From positions 141 to 64,140 of the forward strand of contig QGUY02000003.1 of NCBI GenBank assembly GCA_003242315.2: DNA of 64,000 nt, given 5' to 3'. This document shows positions 19,640 through 28,085 of this stretch, in pieces (within the stretch, counting starts at the first letter, position 1; each line of letters opens with the position of its first letter). The notes beneath the pieces are model-generated. The model had not been told where the DNA came from. It did not search any database and worked only from the letters and a program-made list of their open reading frames with translations. Source of the DNA: Bacteroidota bacterium (GTDB taxonomy: Bacteria > Bacteroidota > Bacteroidia > Cytophagales > Cyclobacteriaceae). Both the position numbers and the translations under genes were made by a program.

Positions 19640-19664
19640 TCGCGTATCGTTTAGCGATACGCGA
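19640..19664 (-). promoter_or_regulatory. Perfect 10-bp hairpin abutting the SGNH start codon
   Basis: tcgcgtatcg / tttag / cgatacgcga. It lies one nucleotide upstream of the ATG (19636-19638 on the minus strand), with no same-strand upstream gene in the ~500-bp spacer for it to terminate. Confidence 0.4.
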
Positions 19665-20141
19665 TTATAGGAAATTGAAGTATAAGTAAGTAGTGAAAAG
19701 GGAATAAACGACCAGGAATCTTTCACCACAGAGGCACAGGGTCACAGGCCTGCCAGCGGCAGACAGGGCTAATCGTTCAATCAACTCAACAGCTGATCAC
19801 GTCAGCACGTGCGCCAAGTCACTGACTGCCTTTATCCCTACTGCGCGAAAGCGCCTGTGATCTCCCGATCAATTGCTGCGGACGGCTTCGCGTATTGCGT
19901 TAATTTATCGATTTTAGATGCTGGGTCACAATACGGAAACTACCGGACCGGCATGAAATACACCTCAACCGGAATAAAAGCACCGTTAACATTTACGGTT
20001 GCGCTCATCAATGTGATTTGCGTTCTCTTTGTCAAACATGTTTATGAAACCGTGTTCATGGTAAAGGAGCACGAGAACGAGTTGTTGCGTTGAATATTTG
20101 ACATGGATCTAATCAACCCCATTTCGCAAAGAAGGATCGGA

Positions 20142-20897
20142 ATGAACGTTATCATTATCGAAGATGAGCTGCTGGCACAGGAGAAGCTGGAGGTGATGCT
20201 CAAGCGGATCGATCCTGACATAAAAGTTTCGGGGCGGCTCACAACGGTGAAGGAAACGATACAGTGGTTGTATCGAAACCCCAAACCCGACCTCGCGTTC
20301 GTGGATATCCAACTGGCGGACGATCATTGCTTCGAAATATTTCGTCAATACATGGTGGACTTCCCTGTCGTGTTCACGACGGCATACGATAAATATCTTC
20401 TCCAATCATTCGAATACAACACCATCGACTACCTGCTGAAACCGATCACCGAGGAAAAGCTGACTCGGGCAATTCAGAAAATCAAAAGTATGGAGCGGCA
20501 CTTCATCCAACAAAACATCATGACGCTCATCCAGCAGGAACGAAGGCCCGGAAAACTCAGCAGGCTTGTTGTGCGAAAAGGAACGGATTTCATTGCACTC
20601 AACGTTGACGACGCCGCCTACTTTTTTACGGATCACAAGATTGTGTTCGTGCGTGATTTTGCGGGGCGTCAACTTACCGTCGACGCAACATTATCCGAAC
20701 TCCAGGAAATGCTCGATGAAGAAAAGTTCTTCCGGATCAACCGGAAGTATCTCAGCAGTCACCGCGCCATCGAGAAATTCAAACCCGATAATGGGAAGAT
20801 TAAGGTGTCCCTTCAGCCGCCAGTCAAAGAGGACGTTCACGTCAGTAAGGAAACCGCCCCGGCATTCCGAAGTTGGATCGCAGGGAGAGCACTGTAG
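20142..20897 (+). CDS. LytTR-family response regulator
   Basis: REC domain (MNVIIIEDE, DLAFVDIQLAD) followed by a LytTR domain (FFRINRKYLSSHRAIEKF). No histidine kinase gene is adjacent. Confidence 0.85.
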   Translation: MNVIIIEDELLAQEKLEVMLKRIDPDIKVSGRLTTVKETIQWLYRNPKPDLAFVDIQLADDHCFEIFRQYMVDFPVVFTTAYDKYLLQSFEYNTIDYLLKPITEEKLTRAIQKIKSMERHFIQQNIMTLIQQERRPGKLSRLVVRKGTDFIALNVDDAAYFFTDHKIVFVRDFAGRQLTVDATLSELQEMLDEEKFFRINRKYLSSHRAIEKFKPDNGKIKVSLQPPVKEDVHVSKETAPAFRSWIAGRAL

Positions 20898-20919
20898 AGA
20901 CGCGCGACTTGCGTGTCTC
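20897..20919. repeat. GAGACGC palindromic element, copy B
   Basis: gagacgcgc / gactt / gcgtgtctc: a 9-bp stem with one G-T pair. It overlaps the last base of the TAG stop of the LytTR gene, between convergent gene ends (20897 + / 20972 -). Confidence 0.7.
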
Positions 20920-20971
20920 ATAAACTGCGCATCTCATGTAACGGATATTCATACGGTAAATACCGTGATGT

Positions 20972-22270
20972 CTACGGCTTCTGCAGGCCCGGCTCGCGGT
21001 GAAGGAATTCGTCGTACAATAATGTCTGACGAGAAACGAGGGGAATATCCCACCCCCTGATGAAAAGATACTTTATGTTGGTGGCAGGCTCAAGCGGATC
21101 ACCGTCACATACGAACAGCGTTGCATCCTTTCCGGCTTCCAGGGATCCCATTCGATCGGCCACGCCGAAAATTTGGGCGGGCACGATCGTGATCGCACGC
21201 AATGCCTCCTCTTTTCCAAGTCCGAACGCGGCAGCAATGCCGGCGTTGTACGGAAGGTTGCGCACGTTGTAGGCTTCGTTCGTGCGCAAGGCTACGGTAA
21301 CACCTGCTTTCCGCATAATTCCCGCATTGGCATAGGCCCTGTCGTAACGATCATACGCCCTTCCTTGAAGTGCGAGCACCTTTCCTGCAATCACAGGAAT
21401 ACCTGCCGCCGCGATCTTGTCGGCAACACGCCAGCCTTCACTCACCCCAGCAAAGATCACCTTGCTGATCTCCTTTTCCCGAACCCATTCCAGCGCGCGC
21501 AGTATGTCGCCGGCATCATGCACTTCAACAATCAACGGCATTTTTCCTTGTATCACGGGTTGAAGGGCGATGAGCTCGGGGTAGTAGTCAGGCTTTGTAT
21601 CTCCCAAAGCGGAATCCAGTTTATTGTATTCTACCGCCTTCTGCCATACCTCGTTCAGCTTCTTCATGGCTTTTGACGCCGCCTTGCTGATCTCTTCAGG
21701 TTTTCGCTTGTCATTGGCACCACTGCGCGAGGTTGAAGGGAAGGTCAGCACCACACCCTCAAAGCCTGCAAACATCTGGTCAGGTGTATATCCATGCAGG
21801 TTGATCAACGCGGCGGTACCACTGAACATTCCGCCTTGCGGTGCGGCAAGTACGGTTGTGACGCCATTCACTCGTGTTACGGGTATCAATGCTGAATTCG
21901 GGTTGACCGCCGTGAGCGCGCGCATCTGAGGAACAACGTCACCCACTTCGTTGTAGTCGACCGTTCTGGGTTCTGAACCAATCTCCGTCAGACCCAGGCG
22001 CGTGCCACTATCTATAAACCCGGGATACACGTGAAGACCCTTGCAGTCGATCACGCGAACATCCGCTGGCACCTGTATGTTCGATCCAATCGCTTCGATC
22101 TTTCCATCCCGAAGGATGAGCGTACAGTTTTCGATCGGTCCGTCCGTGATTGTGTGCGCCGTAGCACCCACCAGTGCAACCGGATCATAGGAACCTTTGG
22201 GCACCTGGGCCTCACCCGCGATCGCAAATAGCAGGAGAAAAGCGTTAACAAGGAGCACAAAGCGTTTCAT
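20972..22270 (-). CDS. Amidohydrolase-fold protein, HxH motif degenerate (third of trio)
   Basis: Signal peptide and composite-domain layout of amidohydrolases. The HxH position reads D-S-G-T-R (21998-22012). Its start overlaps the stop of the upstream gene by 1 nt (TAATG). Confidence 0.75.
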   Translation of the reverse strand: MKRFVLLVNAFLLLFAIAGEAQVPKGSYDPVALVGATAHTITDGPIENCTLILRDGKIEAIGSNIQVPADVRVIDCKGLHVYPGFIDSGTRLGLTEIGSEPRTVDYNEVGDVVPQMRALTAVNPNSALIPVTRVNGVTTVLAAPQGGMFSGTAALINLHGYTPDQMFAGFEGVVLTFPSTSRSGANDKRKPEEISKAASKAMKKLNEVWQKAVEYNKLDSALGDTKPDYYPELIALQPVIQGKMPLIVEVHDAGDILRALEWVREKEISKVIFAGVSEGWRVADKIAAAGIPVIAGKVLALQGRAYDRYDRAYANAGIMRKAGVTVALRTNEAYNVRNLPYNAGIAAAFGLGKEEALRAITIVPAQIFGVADRMGSLEAGKDATLFVCDGDPLEPATNIKYLFIRGWDIPLVSRQTLLYDEFLHREPGLQKP

Positions 22271-23649
22271 TAACGGTTCTCAAATAGTTGGTTAAACGTC
22301 GCGGTAGCCGTTCCCAGGCAGTCGTGATAACTTTCAGGACTCTCAAAGCCGGACTGATCGAAGCGCTCTTCCGGATCAACGTAAATGCGCATGTCGTCAG
22401 GGTCTTTTTCACGATCAAAGCGCACAATGCCATCCACGATGGTCATAACAGGTACTGTATAGATCGACAGTGGATGTCCGCGAAAGATCGCCACGTCTCC
22501 GTCCTTGCCAACTTCAAGAGATCCAACTCTGTCGTCAATACCCAGTTGTTTCGCGGGATTGATGGTAATCAGTGCCAATGCTTCGTCGCGCGACAAACCA
22601 CCGTATTTGAGTGTCTTTGAAGCTTCGTGGTACAGATGACGAATCACGCCGGGATCGTCAGAGTTTATCGACGTCACCACGCCGTTTCGCGTCAGGATGG
22701 CCGCGTTGTAAGCCGTGGAATAGTACACTTCGAATTTGTATGCCCATGCGTCTGAAAACACGGACGCCATCGCGCCAAAGTCGGCAATCTCAGGTGCCAC
22801 TTTGAATCCTTCATTCGCGTGCTGCAATACGAGTTTCTTTATACCGAAGTCGCGACACACGTTCAACAGCATGACAATCTCGTCAGCCCGATAGCTGTGA
22901 CAGTGAACGGTGATGTTTCCGCGAAGTATTTCGGCAAGCGTTTCGAGACGATCGTCATACTCAGGCGGCGCACCTCTGAATCCTTTTTTCTTCTTTTGCT
23001 CGTTGTATTCGTCCCATTTCCTCTGATACTCCCTTGCCTCGGTAAGAGCGTTTCGAATAACGAACTCCACACCCATCCTTGTGCGCGGAACCATGTTGTG
23101 CCCTGCGCCATGGATGCGTGTAGGGTTCTCTCCCAAAGCGAACTTGATTGCTTTTGGTGCGCCTTCAAAGATAAGGTCAGAAGGATTCAGGGTTCCATAG
23201 CGAAGCTTCATAACAACGCTTTGCCCGCCGATGGCGTTGGCCGATCCATGAAGCGTCTGAATTGTTGTGACTCCTCCTGCGAGAGCGCGATAAATGGAGA
23301 TGTCGAGTGGATTGAGCGCATCGCGCATCCTTAACTCAGGCGTTACTGGGGTCGACATTTCATTGATGGCCTCCAATGCAATGTGCGAGTGCGCATCGAT
23401 GATACCGGGCATCACAAATAATCCTGTAGCATCAATAACCCGACAACCTTCAGGAGCCGTGAGGTTTTTGCCAATGTCCGTGATCTTTCCCCTGCGAATC
23501 AATAAGTCGGTATTTTCCAGCGTACCCTTAGTAACGGTAAGCAGCGTGCCATTTCTGATCAGCACGTCTCCGATTTCGGGTTGGCCGATCACCGCTGTCG
23601 GCACAAAGGCGATCAGTGCAAATATGAAATGGCTGAGAAACTGTCTCAT
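22270..23649 (-). CDS. Amidohydrolase, metal-binding motifs intact (second of trio)
   Basis: PGIIDAHSHI (HxH at 23383-23391), HCHSY, LQHAN and INSDD motifs. 4-nt start/stop overlap with the upstream gene. Confidence 0.85.
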   Translation of the reverse strand: MRQFLSHFIFALIAFVPTAVIGQPEIGDVLIRNGTLLTVTKGTLENTDLLIRRGKITDIGKNLTAPEGCRVIDATGLFVMPGIIDAHSHIALEAINEMSTPVTPELRMRDALNPLDISIYRALAGGVTTIQTLHGSANAIGGQSVVMKLRYGTLNPSDLIFEGAPKAIKFALGENPTRIHGAGHNMVPRTRMGVEFVIRNALTEAREYQRKWDEYNEQKKKKGFRGAPPEYDDRLETLAEILRGNITVHCHSYRADEIVMLLNVCRDFGIKKLVLQHANEGFKVAPEIADFGAMASVFSDAWAYKFEVYYSTAYNAAILTRNGVVTSINSDDPGVIRHLYHEASKTLKYGGLSRDEALALITINPAKQLGIDDRVGSLEVGKDGDVAIFRGHPLSIYTVPVMTIVDGIVRFDREKDPDDMRIYVDPEERFDQSGFESPESYHDCLGTATATFNQLFENR

Positions 23650-25304
23650 CGCTCGGGGTCTTTTGTGCCTTCGATGGGAAAGTTGCCGTATTCTCCAACG
23701 GTAATCTTTCCCTTAAATGTCTTTCCTTCAACCTCTCCTTCCACAACAACGTCTTCCGGCTGACCTTCAAGGAGAAAATCGTAAGTGAACTTCAAAGTCT
23801 TGCCATCAAAGGTCACATCCGTAAGTTCAATTCCTTCAGGCATGCGCGTACCGGTTATAGTGCCGCCATAGTGTTTACCCAAACTCTTACGCAGCACTAC
23901 CTTTAGCGCAATCTCCTCCTTTGGTGTTTGCGCGGTCAGGCGCCACGTTCCTTCTACTGCTGAGGCTGACTTCTTGTGCGCATCCTTTTCGAAGCAGGTG
24001 TATAGCGCTCCATCAACGAACATTGTCATCACCTTCGCGTCTTTGTCGAACATAGGCTTATTGAACAGGGCCACGTTGGCAATCTTACCCTTCTCAATGG
24101 TTCCCAGCCTGTCATCGACTCCGAGAATTTGCGCGGCATTGATCGTGAGGGCGGCTAAGGCCGACTCCGGATTCAGGCCTGCTTCAACCATCCTGCGTAG
24201 GTTCTTGTGCAGTTCGCTGTATTTGGTGTCCATGGCGGAGAATCCAAACTTGATTCCTGCAGAGTCAAATGCCGCTGCCTGTGCCGTCATCTTTTGAATG
24301 AATTCAGAGCGCCGTTTAACAAGCGCCTTCAATTCGGGGTTTGAGAGACTGTCTGCCTTCGCTTTCTCTTCCTCGGCAGGATCTTCCGGAAGGTCAAGAG
24401 AGAGAAAAACGCGTGCACCCGATGCTTTGATCATTTCTGTGAGATCCCATCCCTCGCTCACGTCGGCGAGGATAAGAACGAATCCAAGTTCTTTCTGCAA
24501 TGAAAGGACGCGCTGAATGTCAAGCATCTTTGAAGCGCGGAAGAGCACGGGCTGCTGTCGCGTCGTTACGGGATAGAGCGCCTCCAGTGTGCGGTTGGCC
24601 TCGGGGCGAGGCAAACCGCTCGCATTTGTGGCGTACAAAGCAGCATAGTCCCGCGCAAGTTCAGCCTGGCGATAAAGCTCCCGCCATTTGGCGAGGACAG
24701 CCATCACGGTGCTGGGATAAACCGTCCTGTTCGATGTGAGTTCAGAATAGCATGCACTGCGCGGCTTTAGCACCAACTCATCGGACGTTTTGCCCCCGAG
24801 CAATATCACCGCAGCGGACCCGGGTAATAATATTCCTCTCGGCACCACCTGCGAAGCGCCAAATCCTGCGCAACGCAGTTCTTTGATTGTGGGGTCGTTG
24901 GGGTCAAGGTAATCGCGCACATCGCGTTGCGGGTTGATGCCGGCGCGGGATGGCGGTGGATTGCCGGGGTCTTCTATGCGTCCAGGTTCCTCTTCACCGG
25001 GGCTTTTTACCCCTGTTTTCGACAGGCCTTCAATGAACGCGGGGTATGCAAACAGGCTATCACCCTCAATGATTATTGCTTTTGGCGGGATGGGGACGTT
25101 CTCCCCTACGGCTTCAATAAGCCCGTTCTGAATGATAATCGTGCCTTTTTCGATGCGGCGACCCGGGGCTGGAATGATGGTGAGATTCCGGATTGCATAT
25201 GTGTCGGACACAGGCGCCAACTCCTTATCCTGCGCGACTGCCGTGGTAAGTACCAGCAGTGCGCCCACGGCAATCCATATCGTGTTGGCGACAAATATTC
25301 GCAT
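23646..25304 (-). CDS. Amidohydrolase-fold protein, HxH motif degenerate, with extra C-terminal beta-rich domain (first of trio)
   Basis: Signal peptide. The HxH position reads E-G-L-S-K (about 25017-25031). About 100 extra C-terminal residues (WRLTAQTPKEE...KGKITVGEYGNFPIEG). Confidence 0.7.
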   Translation of the reverse strand: MRIFVANTIWIAVGALLVLTTAVAQDKELAPVSDTYAIRNLTIIPAPGRRIEKGTIIIQNGLIEAVGENVPIPPKAIIIEGDSLFAYPAFIEGLSKTGVKSPGEEEPGRIEDPGNPPPSRAGINPQRDVRDYLDPNDPTIKELRCAGFGASQVVPRGILLPGSAAVILLGGKTSDELVLKPRSACYSELTSNRTVYPSTVMAVLAKWRELYRQAELARDYAALYATNASGLPRPEANRTLEALYPVTTRQQPVLFRASKMLDIQRVLSLQKELGFVLILADVSEGWDLTEMIKASGARVFLSLDLPEDPAEEEKAKADSLSNPELKALVKRRSEFIQKMTAQAAAFDSAGIKFGFSAMDTKYSELHKNLRRMVEAGLNPESALAALTINAAQILGVDDRLGTIEKGKIANVALFNKPMFDKDAKVMTMFVDGALYTCFEKDAHKKSASAVEGTWRLTAQTPKEEIALKVVLRKSLGKHYGGTITGTRMPEGIELTDVTFDGKTLKFTYDFLLEGQPEDVVVEGEVEGKTFKGKITVGEYGNFPIEGTKDPER

Positions 25305-25400
25305 CCTCGCGATGGTTATTCAGCTCAAATGAACCTGAAAGATAAAATATTCCGCTTCGACTCGTTTTGCGCAATACAGGAATGGCGGAAATGATGGGTA

Positions 25401-25415
25401 GGGTGGCGACCACCC
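25401..25415 (-). terminator. Short GC hairpin after the SUI1 gene (no T-run)
   Basis: gggtgg / cga / ccaccc, 9 nt downstream of the stop at 25424. Confidence 0.25.
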
Positions 25416-25423
25416 GGGAAAGA

Positions 25424-25768
25424 CTAGCGCTTTTGAGCCCGGTACCCGGTAGATTTCAAAATACCCAGCACTTTTTCACGCAAATCCCCCTGAATGATGA
25501 TTTCGCCCGCTTTTACTGAGCCTCCGACACCACAGCGCGTTTTCAGTGTTCGGGCAAGCGCCTCCAGGTCGTCAGAAGTGCCCGTAAAGCCTCCCACCAC
25601 TGTTACCTGTTTCCCTGCGCGGCCACTCTTGTCCAGGAATACCACCAGTCTCTGCTGATCCGGGGGCAGCGTAGCGAGTTCCTCGTGTTGGGGGACAGAG
25701 TAATTAAAGTCCGCATCAGTGGAATAAACCACTCCTTCCCGCCTCTTCCATTCGTTCTTTTTAGCCAT
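25424..25768 (-). CDS. SUI1/YciH-type translation initiation factor
   Basis: C-terminal SUI1 fold pattern VTVVGGF...LKTRCGVGGSVKAGEIIIQGD. Start moved to ATG 25768 (MAKKNEWKRREG). Confidence 0.8.
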   Translation of the reverse strand: MAKKNEWKRREGVVYSTDADFNYSVPQHEELATLPPDQQRLVVFLDKSGRAGKQVTVVGGFTGTSDDLEALARTLKTRCGVGGSVKAGEIIIQGDLREKVLGILKSTGYRAQKR

Positions 25769-25788
25769 TTCGCTTTGTAATGTCTGCC

Positions 25789-26574
25789 CTACCGAAAGAG
25801 GAGCCAAAACAACAGGCACAAAAATAAGAGAAACATGTTAACCACCCCCAGGCTGTTCATGAGCCGACGATCGCTTCTGCGGAACACACCCAGCACTGAC
25901 GTCACCGCCAGTACCAAGGGAAAAAATACAAAGTTGCCCAAGAGGGTGACAGGAATACGCTCAATAACTCCATTGGATGCAATTCTGCGTGGGATCGAAA
26001 GAATTCGGGTGCGGTACAGGTAGACGACCGTCCCTTCCGAGAACACCCAAGCCTCATGCGTGTCGAAGCTAATCTCGCTGCCGTAATTTGTGCGAATCAC
26101 CAGCCGGTCCGACCTGTTGGCACCATCACCCAGATCGATCAGCTGTATTATTTTCTCATCGTCCTGTCGCGTGGGCAAAACGACATCTATGAGCAGCAAC
26201 ACACAAAAGACAAGGGCCACACGGGAAATGACCCGCGCGTACTTTTGATACCGCACAACCCACGGGTTGACAGGCGGGGGTCCTGACTGTGGCCGGGGCC
26301 TGGCCCGGCGGTGATAAGCCGGGTCGCGATGCGCTGGCTGCGGGGTTACGACAGGCTCCGTCCAGGATATTGTTCGCGACAGATCGTATTTCCGCCTTTT
26401 CTCCGGATCGCTTAGTACGTCATAAGCGACGTTTATCTGGCGGATTTTCTCGGCGGCGGAAGGATCGGGATTTCGATCGGGATGATACCGGATGACAAGC
26501 TTCCGGTAAGCCGTTCGGATATCTTCCTGCGAAGCATGATCGGTTACACCGAGGATCTCGTAATAGTCAGCCAT
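25789..26574 (-). CDS. J-domain (DnaJ-like) membrane protein
   Basis: DYYEILGV...YHPDRN (HPD motif), a Pro/Arg-rich linker, and hydrophobic segments in the C-terminal half. Confidence 0.8.
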   Translation of the reverse strand: MADYYEILGVTDHASQEDIRTAYRKLVIRYHPDRNPDPSAAEKIRQINVAYDVLSDPEKRRKYDLSRTISWTEPVVTPQPAHRDPAYHRRARPRPQSGPPPVNPWVVRYQKYARVISRVALVFCVLLLIDVVLPTRQDDEKIIQLIDLGDGANRSDRLVIRTNYGSEISFDTHEAWVFSEGTVVYLYRTRILSIPRRIASNGVIERIPVTLLGNFVFFPLVLAVTSVLGVFRRSDRRLMNSLGVVNMFLLFLCLLFWLLFR

Positions 26575-26580
26575 CAGGCA

Positions 26581-26606
26581 AAAATAAAAAGCCCGGAATG
26601 CCGGGC
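26581..26606 (-). terminator. Rho-independent terminator after the USP gene
   Basis: gcccgg / aatg / ccgggc hairpin followed on the minus strand by TTTTTATTTT. Lies 26 nt downstream of the USP stop. Confidence 0.7.
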
Positions 26607-26631
26607 CCCAAAATCAGTGATGCGCAAGCGG

Positions 26632-27486
26632 TTATTTACGATGTTTCGTAACGAAGGTGAGAACCGGACGCTTGGCATGCGTCACCACTTCCTCCGCAAT
26701 GCTGCCGGCAAGGACGTGGGCGACACCTGTTCTTCCATGAGTAGCCATCGCGATTAGATCAGCGTCAATGCTGTCTGCAAAATAGGCGATGCCTTCTTCC
26801 TCCGTAAGGTCGTTGTAGACATTGAGTGTATAATTCTTGAGCTGAAGCTTCTTCGCGAAGTCCTGCATGTATTTCAGCACTACCGCATCGCGTTGGAAGT
26901 TACCCGGCGTGTTGATACGGACGAGGTGAATCGTTGAGTTGTACATCTCCTGCGTACGGCGAACGATGCGCGAGAAAACTTCTTCCTCTTTGCTCATGGA
27001 AGTAGCATACACGATGTTCTTGAAGTCAACACGCGCAGGCTTCTTTTGAACGGTGAGTACCGGACAATGCGAACGACGCACAACCTTCTCGGTATTGGTT
27101 CCGAGGAATACCTTGTCAAGTCCCGAGTGTCCACCAGTGCCCATAACGATAAGGTCGACCTTGGAATTGGCAACAATAGTATTGATGCCGTGGAAAGGCG
27201 TACCAACACGCAGTTCCGTGCTCACCTTGATTCCCTTGAGCTTATCGTCTGCACTGAGCTTTTCGAGCTGCTTCTTGGAACGCTCAATAAGCTTCATTGT
27301 AAACAGGGCGTCTTCTGAATCAGAAAGCCCCACATCTCCTGTGACAGCAAAAGAAGTTGACGAAGCAGCTTCCGCTACGTGAAGCAGGATAAGTTCGGCT
27401 CCGGCCTTACGGGCAATCTCCGAGGCCACGTCAAGTGCAATACGGGCAGGTTTGGAAAAATCGGTAGGGACAAGAATCTTCTTCAT
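26632..27486 (-). CDS. Universal stress protein, tandem UspA domains
   Basis: MKKILVPTDFSKPA, GTGGHSGLDKVFLGTNT and ATHGRTGVAHVLAGSIA. Confidence 0.85.
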   Translation of the reverse strand: MKKILVPTDFSKPARIALDVASEIARKAGAELILLHVAEAASSTSFAVTGDVGLSDSEDALFTMKLIERSKKQLEKLSADDKLKGIKVSTELRVGTPFHGINTIVANSKVDLIVMGTGGHSGLDKVFLGTNTEKVVRRSHCPVLTVQKKPARVDFKNIVYATSMSKEEEVFSRIVRRTQEMYNSTIHLVRINTPGNFQRDAVVLKYMQDFAKKLQLKNYTLNVYNDLTEEEGIAYFADSIDADLIAMATHGRTGVAHVLAGSIAEEVVTHAKRPVLTFVTKHRK

Positions 27487-27560
27487 AAAAAATGGTTCAG
27501 GGATTCGGTTATTGGTGAAAGTAAAGCATTTTTTGATTCGTGAACAAGACAGGATGTCAA

Positions 27561-27986
27561 TTAAGGCGACGGGGTGTCGCCACCGACGATAATAACCGGA
27601 ACAGGAAGGGAGCCAAGGAAACTCTCATGCGGACGTTCGACAATCAGCCTACGCATATTGCTGTCCAGAACGATCTTGTCGACCTGGTTGTTTCGAACCT
27701 GCCGTAGTATGCAATCAGAGAAAAATCCAATCTCGATCAGGAACTCGTGGTCAGTAACGGTACCGTTATGGAAGAAGGGTTCAAGCATACAGAAGCGCTC
27801 CCGGGCGCGAAGCTCCACGCGATTCCTGAACTTGAGGATTTCTTCCTCCTGGTCTGGCTGAATGAGGCGATAGGAATAGAGCACCGTGACGCCCCGGCCT
27901 TCCTTATTCGCCATTTCGATGGCGTATTTGAGTGCCTCGATGGACGACTCAGAAAAGTCAATTGGGCAAAGGATCTTCCCTTTCAT
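27561..27986 (-). CDS. Universal stress protein-like, single domain
   Basis: MKGKILCPIDFSESS start and 141 aa. The ATP-loop is degenerate. Confidence 0.65.
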   Translation of the reverse strand: MKGKILCPIDFSESSIEALKYAIEMANKEGRGVTVLYSYRLIQPDQEEEILKFRNRVELRARERFCMLEPFFHNGTVTDHEFLIEIGFFSDCILRQVRNNQVDKIVLDSNMRRLIVERPHESFLGSLPVPVIIVGGDTPSP

Positions 27987-28000
27987 AACACAAATTCATC

Positions 28001-28008
28001 CAAAGCTA
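28001..28008 (-). promoter_or_regulatory. Candidate -7 promoter box for the single-domain USP gene
   Basis: The plus strand reads CAAAGCTA, which is TAGCTTTG on the minus strand (TAnnTTTG). It lies 15 nt upstream of ATG 27986. Confidence 0.3.
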
Positions 28009-28039
28009 ACCGGCCCGCCTGGCCAATTTCAGGATGAGT

Positions 28040-28062
28040 GTCAGGTCATTAACCTGACTTTT
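28040..28062 (+). promoter_or_regulatory. Terminator-like hairpin in the leader of the kinase operon
   Basis: gtcagg / tcattaa / cctgac followed by TTTTAT, 24 nt upstream of the kinase ORF, in a divergent spacer. Confidence 0.3.
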
Positions 28063-28085
28063 ATCATCCCCCCGGGTGGCCTATA

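Noticed and set aside
19809-20093. 94-aa ORF upstream of the LytTR gene
   Set aside because: The long version starts at a non-ATG codon and spans repeat words. Only the last 46 codons (ATG 19953) are even marginally plausible; see the finding on the orphan regulator.
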